From Chiloscyllium plagiosum (taxonomy: Eukaryota): 64,000 bases of DNA. The stretch spans positions 60,728,158 to 60,792,157 of the forward strand of contig NC_057719.1 of the NCBI RefSeq assembly GCF_004010195.1. The letters run 5' to 3'. A model generated the notes under the pieces. That model was given only the letters and a program-made list of their open reading frames with translations. It was not told where the DNA came from and made no database searches. Made by a program: the position numbers and the translations under genes. How positions within the stretch are numbered: the first letter of the stretch is position 1; the number at the start of each line of letters is the position of its first letter. Positions 23,731-35,827 of the stretch are shown here, one piece after another.

Positions 23731-24719
23731 AATGAATGCATTTTCAGATGCCATGTCTTATCAACTGCGTTAGCAGCCTCAGATACAGCTGAAGTCAGTA
23801 CAACTCTTTCAGTCACCTATAAACAATTTCTACTCCAACTAGCACCCAAGAAAACATGAGCTTCATCTTACCTCTGACACTGGTAAGTCCTACGAACAGA
23901 TTTCACAACTTATACATACAGCCATCTATTCAACCATGTCAGCCACATCACCCAAACTTACTGTCTTATATCCACTATACCCACTGACAGACCTTTCTCC
24001 CACTTATAAGTGAGGTGGCAGAGAGCCCAAAATTACATAAACTAACAGAAGGGAAGAGTAATGCATCTTTGCGTACTCTAATTCCCATGTCTGAGGTAAA
24101 CTTGGCCATTGTCAGAATGCTCAGATTATGGCCAGCAGCAGAGCTAAACCTACTGAAGATAAAGGAATAATCATACTCACAGCTTACTTGCTACTTTAGG
24201 CTTTACTAACATCCACCAGCAGCACTTAGTTTTCCCTTTCTTTCCACTACAACAATACCCATGATTTCCCATATATTTTTTCTTCCTAATATTCAAGAAG
24301 GGCAAACTGTCACAAAGTGGAGGAATACCACCGTCATACTCAAACCATCAGCTCATAAACTGACACTGTTGTAACCAAGAAAATAGTCTAGAGGCTGGAT
24401 CAGCACAATAATAAACTTGGCAAAGATGCATTGCATTCAGCCTGGTGCAATACAGGTGCTGCTGCAAAAGGTCTCAGATGATGAACCAGACTACAGAAGA
24501 AGGTTAATAAGTACACACAATAAAATGTTTGGCAGACATTGAAGCTAACAACAAAGACTGTACACGGTTACAAAAGTCCCACTACCTTGGTCCAAACATT
24601 CGTGTAGAGCTTGTGGCTCATGTTTTCCAACATAGAAATGGTGGGAACTCCATCAGTACAACTATAGACCAATCCATGATGTGGTGTCTTACACACAATC
24701 TGCAAACTCATGGCCTATC

Positions 24720-25140
24720 ATATACCAAACACTACCATTGCCATAAAGCCAAAATATCAACCATGGTTTAATGAAGAGTGCAGGAGAGCATATCAGAAGC
24801 CACATCGACAAATCTAAGGATCAAGTTGCAACTTGTTCAAGCTAAATCACAACACTATTTCTAAGCAAAACAGTAGACACAGCATGCAATAAAGCTAAGT
24901 GATCCCACAACCAAAAGTCCTATCCGATAAACTTGTGAATGGTGGCAATTGACTAAACAATTTAACAGAAGGATCCTCTACTTCCCATCCTTAATGATGG
25001 GGAAGACCATGATATCAGTGCAAAAATCAAAGCTAAACCATTTGCAATCACATTCAGCCAGACGTGCTGATGGATGATTGATTTGGCTTCCTATTGAGTC
25101 CCCAGAATCGTAGATGGCAGTCTTCAGTCAATTTGATCCA
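24720..25140 (+). mobile_element. L2/CR1-group LINE ORF2 fragment
   Basis: PWFNEECRRA and KAKPFAITFSQ motifs; colinear with 32575-32700; continues at 26520-26670. Confidence 0.6.
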
Positions 25141-26125
25141 CTGCGGTTAGCAATGCTGCCTGTTATGGACCAGGCCAGACCCCCTCAAAACGTTTCAAGA
25201 ATGTAGCCCCGACCCTAACTTTACTAGTTATTTTAAGCAGATGGAATGTGGATATTCCAGGAGGAATGCAACTGGTCAAACCATTTAGTTTTAAACAAAA
25301 CAGAATTTATTTACAAGATTACAGAATAAAACACAGAATACAGAATACAGAGAACAGAATACAGAATAACTTAACCTATCCAAAAACCCAACGGATTATA
25401 CCAACTTAATGATGTTGTTCCAAATACAGTGCAAATCCCCTTAAACATTCCTTGGCACAAAAGGTAAAATCAAACACAGGGTCATACAGGAGAGAAGTTA
25501 GAGAGAGAGGATCAGCATGGATCTGCTTCCTTGGGTCCAGCAGCTTCTTTTTTACCTGCCTGACTGCTTTCAGTGAATAGCTAGTCCAAACAAAACCAGA
25601 GAAAAGCTGAGCTGGGAGAACTGGCCACTCCCCTTTCATTGTACATTTTTTTAAATTTAAAAGCCTTTTGCTTGAGGCAGTATCCATTAGCTATAATCAC
25701 ATTGGTCCTAAAATCCATCCAACCTCAGACTTCTCAGAGTTTTTGTCCTTTATGACCTCTCTTTAAAAAAAAAGGACAACATGACCTTGTTACGTGTGCA
25801 GCAGCATCACATGCCTCACAGCATCAGGGACGTGGGTTTGATTCCAGCCTTGGGTGACTATCTGTGTGGAGTTTGCACATTCTCCCCATGTCTGAGTAGG
25901 TTTGCTCCAGCTGCTCTGGTTTCTTGCTATAGTTCAAAGATGTGCAGATTAGGTGGATTGGCCATGCTAAATTGCCCATAGTGTACAGGGATGTGAAGGC
26001 TAAGTGGATCAGCAATGAGAAATGCAAGGTTATAGGGATAAGGTGGGATTCCCTTTGGTGGGTCGGTGTGGACTCAATGGGGCGAATGGCCTGTTTCCAC
26101 ACTGTACGGCTCTGTGATTCAATGA
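25141..26125 (+). mobile_element. HE1-type tRNA-derived SINE split by a solo LTR
   Basis: GGTTAGCAATGCTGCC|TGCCTCACAGC...GTGTGGAGTTTGCACATTCTCCCC...GGCCATGCTAAATTGCCC. Confidence 0.85.
25161..25811 (-). mobile_element. Solo LTR (651 bp)
   Basis: TGTTA...TCACA termini; 4-bp TSD TGCC at 25157-25160 and 25812-25815; AATAAA on - strand near 25306-25311. Confidence 0.85.
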
Positions 26126-26169
26126 TGTGATATGAAGGAATGGTTAATGGCACTGAAACTTTAAAGAAT

Positions 26170-26525
26170 TCTCTCTTGGGATGTGGTTGCTGCTGGCGAG
26201 GACAGCATTTATTGCCCTTTCGTAATTGTAGAGGGGAAAGTTAAGAATCATCCACATTTGTATCTGTCTGTAGTCATACGTATGCCAGATCAGGTAAAGA
26301 TAGTGAATTTCCTTACCTAAAGGGCCACTGAAGAACATTCATAAATCAGATGGATTGTTATGACAAACAATGGTGGTTGCAGGGACCACATTAAAGTAGT
26401 CATGTTAATTCCAGATTTTTTTTTATTGATTTCAAATTTCACCATCTGCCACTGTTGATTATGAATCAATGTCCACAGAATGTTAGCCAGGAGTTCTGAA
26501 GTATTAGTCTCGTAACTATACCAAT
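26170..26525 (-). mobile_element. Deu-domain SINE (SacSINE1/AmnSINE-like), decayed
   Basis: Similar to the reverse complement of 60309-60642. Confidence 0.6.
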
Positions 26526-26674
26526 GTCCCTCCCTGTACAGCCCATGGGTCCTGACAACATAGCAATAACATTTCCGAAGACTTGTGTTCCAGAACTAGC
26601 TGCACCTTGAACCAAGCTGTTCCAGTACAGCCACAACATTAGTGATATGGAAATTTGCCTAGTTTTGCCGTAAT

Positions 26675-26938
26675 TTCACCCCTCATAATTTTGTTAACTT
26701 CTTTCGGGTTGTCCCTCAGCCTCTGATATTCAAGTGAAAATGAACTAAGCTTGTACAATCTCTCCTCATAGTTAATACCATCCAAACTAGGCAACATTCT
26801 TGTAAACATTTTCTTCCCTCTCCAAAGCCTTCACATCCTTCTGGTAGTGTTGCAATCAGAACTATATGCAATATTCCAAATGTGGCCAAATTATAATTCC
26901 ACATTGCTGCAAAATTTTTATACTGTATGCCTTGACCA
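26675..26938 (-). mobile_element. CR1 3' ORF2 fragment
   Basis: Reverse complement encodes HLEYCI-F and LxxFSLEYQRLR-like motifs. Confidence 0.7.
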
Positions 26939-26939
26939 T

Positions 26940-28178
26940 GAAGCAGGTCAGGCAGCATCCATGGAACAGGAGAATCGACGTTTCGGGCATAAGCCCTTCT
27001 TCAGGAATGAGGAAAGTGTGTCCAGCAGGCTAAGATAAAAGGTAGGGAGGAGGGACTTGGGGGAGGGGCGTTGGAAATGCGATAGGTGGAAGGAGGTCAA
27101 GGTGAGGGTGATAGGCCTCATTTCCTCTCCCCCCACCTTGTCTCAGTCAAATCCATTGAACTCAGCACCGCCTTCCTAACCTGCAATCATCTTCCTGACC
27201 TCTCCGCCCCCANNNNNNNNNNNNNNNNNNNNNNNNNNNNNNNNNNNNNNNNNNNNNNNNNNNNNNNNNNNNNNNNNNNNNNNNNNNNNNNNNNNNNNNN
27301 NNNNNNNNNNNNNNNNNNNNNNNNNNNNNNNNNNNNNNNNNNNNNNNNNNNNNNNNNNNNNNNNNNNNNNNNNNNNNNNNNNNNNNNNNNNNNNNNNNNN
27401 NNNNNNNNNNNNNNNNNNNNNNNNNNNNNNNNNNNNNNNNNNNNNNNNNNNNNNNNNNNNNNNNNNNNNNNNNNNNNNNNNNNNNNNNNNNNNNNNNNNN
27501 NNNNNNNNNNNNNNNNNNNNNNNNNNNNNNNNNNNNNNNNNNNNNNNNNNNNNNNNNNNNNNNNNNNNNNNNNNNNNNNNNNNNNNNNNNNNNNNNNNNN
27601 NNNNNNNNNNNNNNNNNNNNNNNNNNNNNNNNNNNNNNNNNNNNNNNNNNNNNNNGCGGAGGAGCGGGAAGTGGAAGAGATGCGGTGGAAGACATCGTCG
27701 ACCATGTCTGGGGGGAAATTGCGGTCCTTGAAGAAGGAGGCCATCTGGGTTGTTCGGTATTGGAACTGGTCCTCCTGGAGCTACACTGGCACCACCCCCC
27801 ACCTTTTCCTCCGCTACATCGATGACTGTATCGGCGCTGCCTCGTACTCCCATGAGGAGGTTGAACAGTTCATCCACTTTACCAACACCTTCCACCCTGA
27901 CCTCAAATTCACCTGGACCGTCTCAGACTCCTCCCTCCCCTTCCTAGACCTTTCCATTTCTATCTCGGGCTGCCGAATCAACACGGACATTTACTATAAA
28001 CCGACCGACTCCCACAGCTACCTAAACTACACCTCCTCCCACCCTGCCCCCTGTAAAAACGCCATCCCATATTCCCAATTCTTTCGTCTCCACCGCATCT
28101 GCTCCCAGGAGGACCAGTTCAGAGCAACACATTTTCAGCTCTGATCTCCAGCATCTGCAGTCCTCACTTTCTCCTGCC
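26940..28178. mobile_element. Rearranged Penelope-like element (inverted pLTR, assembly gap, RT core)
   Basis: PHLFLRYIDDCIG...LPFLDL...YYKPTDSHSYL...HP...IPYSQF on + strand; pLTR with hammerhead on - strand at 26970-27010; N-gap at 27213-27655. Confidence 0.9.
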
Positions 28179-28197
28179 TTGGCCATGAAGGCAAGCA

Positions 28198-28423
28198 GAT
28201 AAAAACAATGACTGCAGATGCTGGAAACTAGATTCTGGATCAGTGGTGCTGGAAGAGCACAGCAATTCAGGCAGTATCCGAGGACAGGCAAAATCGACGT
28301 TTCGGGCAAAAGCCCTTCATCAGGAATAAATATTCCTGATGAAGGGCTTTTGCCCGAAACGTCGATTTTGCCTGTCCTCGGATGCTGCCTGAATTGCTGT
28401 GCTCTTCCAGCACCACTGATCCA
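28198..28423. mobile_element. Palindromic PLE pLTR mini-element
   Basis: 93-bp arms at 28236-28328 and 28331-28423; 15-bp TSD CCATGAAGGCAAGCA at 28183-28197 and 28421-28435. Confidence 0.9.
28332..28368 (+). ncRNA. Minimal hammerhead ribozyme, mirrored on the - strand at about 28291-28327
   Basis: C-CTGATGA-A-GGGC-TTTT-GCCC-GAAA-CGTC-GATT: core plus GTC cleavage triplet and palindromic ACGT stem III. Confidence 0.8.
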
Positions 28424-28544
28424 TGAAGGCAAGCATGCCATTTGCCTTCTATTCTACCTTGTGTTGCCAATTTCACTGAACTATGTACCTGTTTGCTAAT
28501 GCTTCTAAGTGTTCTGCCAATTACTGGATACTTCCCTCCTAAAT

Positions 28545-29432
28545 TAGACCATCAAAAATGCGTCATCTTGCATTCGTCTGGATTAAATTCCACTTGACAT
28601 TTCTCCACCCATGTCTTCAGGCTATCTGTAAACTCTGGCAATCCTCCTCACTCTCTGCAGCTCCCTCAATCTTTGTGTAGTGCACCAACTTACTAATTAG
28701 GCCACCTATATTCTTCTCCAAATCATTTATGTATTACAAACACCCACTGGTCAAGATCTCTAGTTAGAAAAACACCCTTTCACCACTACTCTCTGTCTTC
28801 TATGACCAAGCAGTTCTGTATCAATCTTAGTTTTCTGTGGATACCATGTGATTTTACCTTTTGTATCTGCCTGCCATGAGGAACCTTGTTAAAGACCTTG
28901 CAAAAGTTCATGCAGACAACATCCACCCCAGTGGTGTCATCAATTAGTTTAGTCATTTCCTCAAAAAACTTAATCAAGTTCGTAAGGCACGGCCTCCCCA
29001 CACAAAGCAAAGCTGCCTCTGACAAACAAGTACATATTTTTCCAAATGTGAGTAAATCCTGTCCCTAAAGATTTTCTCCAATACTTTTCCTACCACTGAC
29101 ATAAGACTCACTGGCCTGTACATTCCTGGATTATCTCTTATGCCCTTCTTAAACAAAGCAACAACACCCTGTGTCTAAAGAATGTACAAAGATTTCAGAC
29201 TAAGCTGTAGTAATTGCCTCCCTCGCCTCTTAGTGTATTCTGGAATAGATCCCATCAGGGCCGAGGGGCATGTCTACTTTAATGCTTTGAAAACACCCAA
29301 CGCCTCCTCTTTTCTTTCGTCATGCCCTTGAATATCAACATAACTCCTCTTTAGACTCACCATAGACTCCTTTGTGAATACTGTTGCAAAATGTTTGTTG
29401 AGGATCTCGTCCACTTCCTCTGGCTCCATGCA
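28545..29432 (-). mobile_element. CR1 RT fragment
   Basis: FKKG.RDNPG.YRPVSL; CLTNLIKFFEE; FxKxFNKVPH. Confidence 0.85.
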
Positions 29433-31537
29433 TACGCTGAGTGGAGGAATAGCTAGACAGGTGTTGTCAAAGAGACTTGGCAGTGCAGCTTTCACGCAGT
29501 GTACACTACAAGCACTGTATATTGTTAGTAGATGGAGTGAATGTATAAAGTGGTGTTTCGGATTCTGAAAAAGTGTTTGAACACTTCTTTGTCAAGCTTC
29601 CTGGGTGTTGTTGGGGTGGCATTCATCCAGGTAAGTGGAAAGTATTCCATTACACGTTGTGGGAGAAAGATCTGCTACCCTGCCCACCTATAGCATGACC
29701 ACAGAAAAAACACAGAAGCAGGTCTTTGAAACACAGAAATCAAGCCTGCCAACACACACAGAACACACCCACAATGCACCAGTCTTGGCCAAACAGATTA
29801 ACAAAGAAACCAGATATGGCCAAGCTACTCCCGGACCAAAAACAGTCTTCATAGTAAGCTCTCAGCCCCGATTAGCACTACGGCCCCAAACCCTAAGGGC
29901 AGGCTCGCTTCCCATTGAAACCGATACCGCATAAACAAACAGGCAGACCGAGAGACCCTGGAAGATTTCACTCGCAGGAGGAACACAATGGACACACCTG
30001 GAGGCCAGGAGAAGGGACATTTGCACATATTCATGCGGACGGGAAATACAATGAAGAATCCTCTGGAAGACTTTCTCACATACTCACGGAGATGGCTGGA
30101 ATTACCTGTGTCAATTATAAATGAATTTCTGCTGCTGAATGCTTGATTAATTTCCATTCAACTTATTGTTTTAATGGATTTACAATTTTCACCATTATAC
30201 TGTAACTGCTTTACAATTATCACCTTTGTGTTGTATCCCAATAAAACCTACCAGCATCTTCCACATGGGGAAGAGCATTCTGGCCATCTATGCAGAGAAT
30301 CAGTCCTGTGTCAGCCGGGTCAATTTCTCTTCCACGATATTGCTTTGTTGAATAAACCACTTGGCAAATTCACCACAATTTTCATTTGTGGTCTCTGATT
30401 CATTGGGCTGAATTTCTCCGACACACATATTTTAATTGGGCTTCAGAAATAATGTAAAACTGAACATAAAAATATTTGTCTTTGTAAGACCTTACTTTTC
30501 TTCCTTCCTACTCATACAGAGTGTGCTTCACAAGGTTGATGAGAGAAAAATTGTCAAATTTTAGTTTACTGTTTCAGTGACATTATCTTGTGAGAAATTT
30601 ATCGGACAGAATTTCAAAAGTGTTTTAAATTTCTAAATCTGTTTTTGTAAGAGTTTACATTAATGCAGAGGCATTTTTAGGTAAAGTCTGTCATGTTGCA
30701 TTGCCAAAGTTTTGCTTCATTTTTGAAAATCCATTGTTTGTTTGCAAGAGTAGCCAAAGGCATCCAAGTTATATTTACCACGTTCAATAATCTCATTGTA
30801 AATGTGTTTCAGTGAAAAGGAGTATAATATCAGCTGAAAGCAATAATGGATGACTCACTTATGTTTAGTATGTCTGTGAATTCCTATCACAGCAAAAATA
30901 GATTAACAAACATTAATTTATAGTGCCAAGGAACCATTATTGTTTTTGGGTGCTATTGATGAACCATTCTATTGATGAACAGAGTCTCCTAACATATATC
31001 CAACTTACGATATATGGGGGTTAGTGCCGAAATTGGGACAGCTGAGACGTGGACTAGTCGAGCAGTAGCCTGCCATAATAGACCTCGCAGACCATGTCCC
31101 AGGTGCCACCATCACTGTCCCTGTATTCGTCCTAGCAGGACAAACCCAGCAGAGATGGTGGCACAGTGGTACACAGTCAGGAGGGTGTTGTCTGGAGACT
31201 CCTCAACATTTACTGTTGACCATCAGGCCAAACATGGGCACAGATAGTTCCTGCTGATTACTGTCTATTGTCTTCCCTCGTTGATGAATTCGTACTCCTC
31301 TATGTTGAACAACACTTGGAGGAAGCAGAGGATGGCAAGAATGCAAAATATATGCTGGGTAGGAGGATTTCAATGTCCACCACCAAGAAAGGCTTGGGAC
31401 TACTGATTCAGCTGACAATATTCTAAAAGACATTACTGATAGACAACATCAGCAAAAGATGGTGAGGAAAGCAAGAGGGAAAAACAGACTTGGCCTCATC
31501 TTTACCAACCTGCCGACTAAAGATGCATCTGTTGAAT

Positions 31538-32103
31538 GGAAAAGATGGTGGTGAAGTAGCAGCACAGCGTTCAGGCTGCTGAGCCTGGGACTCATCCTCT
31601 TCTGACTGCTTCTATTTTTCTTTTACTTTTGATCTTCTTTTTCTTTTATTGTTTTCTTTGAAGTATTTGGCAGCTTCAGAGGTGAATCGGCCGCAACGGA
31701 ATGGCAGTTACAAGGCAGGGATTGAGGAGCAAGTTCTAGAGGCCAATGACGGCAGCGAGTTCTGGAAACCAGCAGCAGCTGGAGAGAGTTTCAAGGAATA
31801 GTGGCAGCAATGAGTTAGCAGTAATGGAGGCCCAGTTACCTTATGGGGATAAGACTTTAAGATACGGATGTTTCCTTTCTCCTTGGCTCTGTTTATTGTT
31901 GTTCTGGCTTTGTTTTTTTTAAATTGTTTTTTTAATCGAAAATAGTCACTTTGGTTTTGTTTCTAGGATAGTTATTTCTGTTAATTCTGGGTTTTTGTAC
32001 CTAGAAATGAAGACTGGCAATTTTGTAAACTTTTCACAGCACTCCTGCATCCCTGTACTTAAGTACACGTGACAATAAAGTCTAATTTTACTTATAATTC
32101 TAA
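31538..32103 (+). mobile_element. Non-autonomous retroposon (SINE-like) with LINE-type 3' tail
   Basis: Interrupts the L2 at GCATCTGT...|ATGACAGTATTGG; starts AAGATGGTGG; ends GTACACGTGACAATAAAG plus TCTAAT-like repeats. Confidence 0.5.
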
Positions 32104-32333
32104 TGACAGTATTGGTAACAATGACCATCACACAGTCAGTGTTGAGACAAAGTCCTGCCTTCGTACTGAAAATAGTTTCTGTCATGTGGCACTATCAGCA
32201 TGCTAAATGACACAGACTTTGAACAGATCTAGCAACTCAAGGTTGGGCATCTATGAGGTGTTGTAGGCCATTAACAGTTGCAGAACTGTACTCCAGCACA
32301 ATCTGCAACCTGATGGCCTGGTATAGTCTCCAG

Positions 32334-32557
32334 GTAAAAACAAGGACTGCAGATGCTGGAAACCAGAGTCTAGATTAGAGTGGTGCTGGAAAAGCACAGC
32401 AGGTCAGGCAGCATCTGAGGAGCAGGAAAATCGACATTTCAGGCAAAAGCCCTTCATCAGGATGAGGGGCTTTTGCCCAAAATGTCGATTTTCCTGCTCC
32501 TCAGATGCTGCCTGACCTGCTGTGCTTTTCCAGCACCACTCTAATCTAGACTCTGGT
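32334..32557. mobile_element. Palindromic PLE pLTR mini-element
   Basis: Arms at about 32362-32458 and 32461-32557; 16-bp TSD CTGGTATAGTCTCCAG at 32318-32333 and 32553-32568. Confidence 0.9.
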
Positions 32558-32714
32558 ATAGTCTCCAGTTAACCACTACCATCAAGCCAAGGCATCAACC
32601 CTGATTCAATAAACAGTCCAGGAGGGCATTCCAAGTGCAAGACCAGGCACACGTAAAAATGCAGTATGTCAACCTGGTGAAGCTACCAAACCAGATTATT
32701 TGCATGTCAAACAT

Positions 32715-33003
32715 TAAACATAGAACAGTACAGCAAATCACAGGCCCTTCAGCCCTCGATGTTGTACAAAGCTTTTATCCTACTTTGAGATCAAACTAAC
32801 CTAAATATTCATTTTACTATCATCATCCATGTGTCTATCCAAGAGCTGCTTAAGTGTCCCTAATGTATCTGCTTCGATTACCACTGCTGGCATGCACCCA
32901 CCATTTTCTGTGTAAAGAACCTCCCTCTGACATCTCCCCTAAACCTCCCTCCAATCACCTTAAAATTATGCCCCCTCGTGATAGCTATTTCTGCCCTGGG
33001 AAA
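32715..33003 (-). mobile_element. CR1 3' end fragment
   Basis: FPRAE..TRGHNFKVIGGRFRGDVRGRFFTQ. Confidence 0.85.
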
Positions 33004-33244
33004 ATATGTCAAACACAGAAGCTGCAAGTGATGCACAGAGCTAAGTGAACCCAACCAACAGATCAGACCTGAGCTCTGCACACCGGCCACATCTAGTTGT
33101 GAATAGTGGTAAATAACTAAAGAACTCATTGCACGAAGAGCCTCCGTAGATAGCCCCGTCCTCAACCACGACCTCACCTATTGCTCCTCTATCAGTACAG
33201 CTAAAACTCTTGTATCAGATAGGCTGAATGGCCTCCTGTTTTGT

Positions 33245-33590
33245 TATTAATTCACAGGATATGGGTGTCATTGGATTTACTGCCCACCCCTAATTGCCCA
33301 CAGCAACTAAGAATCAACTACATTGCTGTAGGTCTGGATTTACATGTAGGCCAGACATAGATAGCAGATTTCCTTCCCTGAAGCAATGATCAATTTTCAT
33401 TAGTGAACCAGATCAGCTTTGTCTGAAAATAAGCAATGGTTTCACAATCATCATTAGACTCTTAATTCCCAATTAATAATGCATTTAATTTCCACTATCT
33501 GCCACTAGGGGATTTGAATCCAGGTTCCCAGGACATTACTAGAATCCATGGGTTAATAGGCTCACAATAATACCACCAGGCCATCACTAC
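33245..33590 (-). mobile_element. Deu-domain SINE
   Basis: Reverse complement contains TCTGGCCTACATGT..ATCCAGACC..CAGCAATG and a tRNA-like head GATGGCCTGGTGGTATTATT. Confidence 0.7.
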
Positions 33591-35827
33591 ACCCCTGTCA
33601 CGCTACTGTGATTCTGAGAATATATTCACATGAGGCTGCTGATATTTTTATAACAAAAGGACACAAGCTATTACATAAAGGAGAAAGAAAACCAAAGTTA
33701 TATAAATAAATATGACAATTATAAAGATGGACAAAATTGCACACAAAGAGCAGGATTAACGCTATCTGGCTAACTACCACCCCATCGGTCTACATGGACT
33801 GAATTCCAGAGGGACAAGGTGAGAGTAACAGCCCTTGACATCAAAGCCACACTTGACCAAGTGTGGCATCAAGGGGCCTGAGCAAAACTGGAATAAATGG
33901 GTATCAGGAAGTGAACTCTTAACAGGTTGGAGTCTTGCATGTCACATCGGAAGATGGTTGTGGGTGTCAATCATCTCAGCTCTAGGACATCTCTGCAGTT
34001 CCTTAGGGTAGTGTCCTCGGTCCATACATCTTCAGTTGCTTCAATAGTGACCTTCTCTTCATCATAAGGTCAAAAGTGAGGAGGTCTCCGATGATTGCAC
34101 ACTAAACAATATTATTCACATTCCCCAGATATTGAAACAGCCCACATTCAAATGTAACACAATTTGAACAATATTCAGGCTTGGCCTGACAAGTGGCAGG
34201 TAATATTTGCACCACACAAATGTCAGGCTATGACCATCTTCAATGAGGCACCATTCAACCTCTGCCCCTTGACATTCAATGGTGTAAACATCATTGAATT
34301 CCCCATTAATAACATCTTGAGGCTTAACACTGACCAGAAACTCAACTGGACTCGCCATATAAACAGTAACCACAACCACAACAGTGGCTAGGAATGCTGA
34401 GACTAATAACTCACCTCCTGACTCCCTAAAACCTGCCCACCACCTTTAAGGTACACTCACTAACCTAGATGGGTGCAGCTCCATTAACATTTAAGAAGCT
34501 TGAAACCATTCAAGACAAAGCAATCCACTTGATTGGCAACACATGAACAAGTATCTACTACGTTTACCACCAATGCTTAGTAGCAACAGTATGTACCATT
34601 TACAAAATGCACTGCAGAAATTCCCAAAAAATCCATAGACAACACCATCAAAGCACCTTCTATCTAGAAGGACAAGAGCAGTAGATACAAGGCATCACTT
34701 CCAAGCCACTTACAATCTTGATTGATATATGGGTAAGAGACCAGTTATCAATGACAAAGGCCTTTGTTCCTGGCAGCAACTGTGTAATTAGTTCTCAGAT
34801 AACTGAACAGCTTGAGATTGGGAAAAGTGATCAGAGCTGTACCAGCTGAGGAGCTGTGTCTTTGTTTTCTGGAGTCAAACTTACTTAAAACCTGAAGAAA
34901 ACCATTTTATCTTTTGTTTAGTAGTTGCTGTAAGTTCTGACTATTAAGCGATCAGTCAACAACATTCATGAGAGAATCAACCACCCTGTGGTGTGAACCA
35001 GTGAAAGCATTCAGAAAAAGGAAGGATAAAATAAAACCTTATGACCAGCAAGAACCAACTCAACAAATCTTGTGAACAAAGGCTGCTAAGCTGCTTTAGC
35101 ATTTTCTCCTCTATGTTTCTTTTTCCTGTATGAACCTGTCTATATGAGCCTGAGGGGGAGTTCATAAGGGGATTATTGATTTCATTAGTATTGCTATTTG
35201 CTGATAGTTTATAACTATTTATCTGCAGCTCTAGTTTAAATACTTGCAGTACATAGTAATTCTTGTTAAGTACAGACATCTAATCCATGCTTTCTATCAA
35301 CTTGGGTCTGGAAATCGGGTAAATTGGGAAATATAGGCTACTTTTTAAAGATCTGTAACTTCTGTGATGATTCAGTAAATAGAGAGGCTGATTTCCAATA
35401 CATTAGCCCAATGTGTTGTAACAGTTACATTAAGTGTCTGTGCTCTGCCTTTGGAATTAAATGCTTTAGTTCCTTGTTGTTGAAATGAAGAGATTAACAT
35501 TTGAATTCAAATCTAGCAGCTATGTTAACTTCTATGGTTGAACAGATATTTTTACTTGTAGAGATAGGTCACTCCAAAGAGCTGATTTTGGGAGAAACAG
35601 TAGAATTATAGCTTCTGGATCTATAGGCAAGCTATTTGTAGCTGAAAAGAATTATTTTACAACAGACCATCAGATGTTTTATCATGTCTCTCTCCTCCTA
35701 ACACTGTCTTTCTGTGTGATGAGGTGCTTTCTTTACAGATCGTTCAATATAGAGGGTGAATCCTACTTTTTTAATTCACTCAAGGGATGTGGATGCCACT
35801 GTCTGGCCAGAATTTATTGCCCCTCTC

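Larger units (their letters stand above)
30950..34720 (+). mobile_element. Decayed L2/CR1-group LINE with several nested insertions
   Basis: GxFNVHHQExLG (APE) near 31360; ALDIKAxFDQVWH, PxGSVLGP, WxDKWQVIFAPHKC (RT); L2-like 3' region to about 34720. Confidence 0.75.

Noticed and set aside
27086..28144. Long ORFs of 352, 239 and 216 aa here and at 46682-47493
   Set aside because: Artefacts of translating through N-gaps within PLEs
30230..30460. Minus-strand exon candidate (MCVGEIQPNESETTNENCGEFAKW...)
   Set aside because: Every frame contains stops between the plausible splice sites
34725..35423. Possible solo LTR ending TGTAACA
   Set aside because: No clear 5' terminus or TSD could be identified
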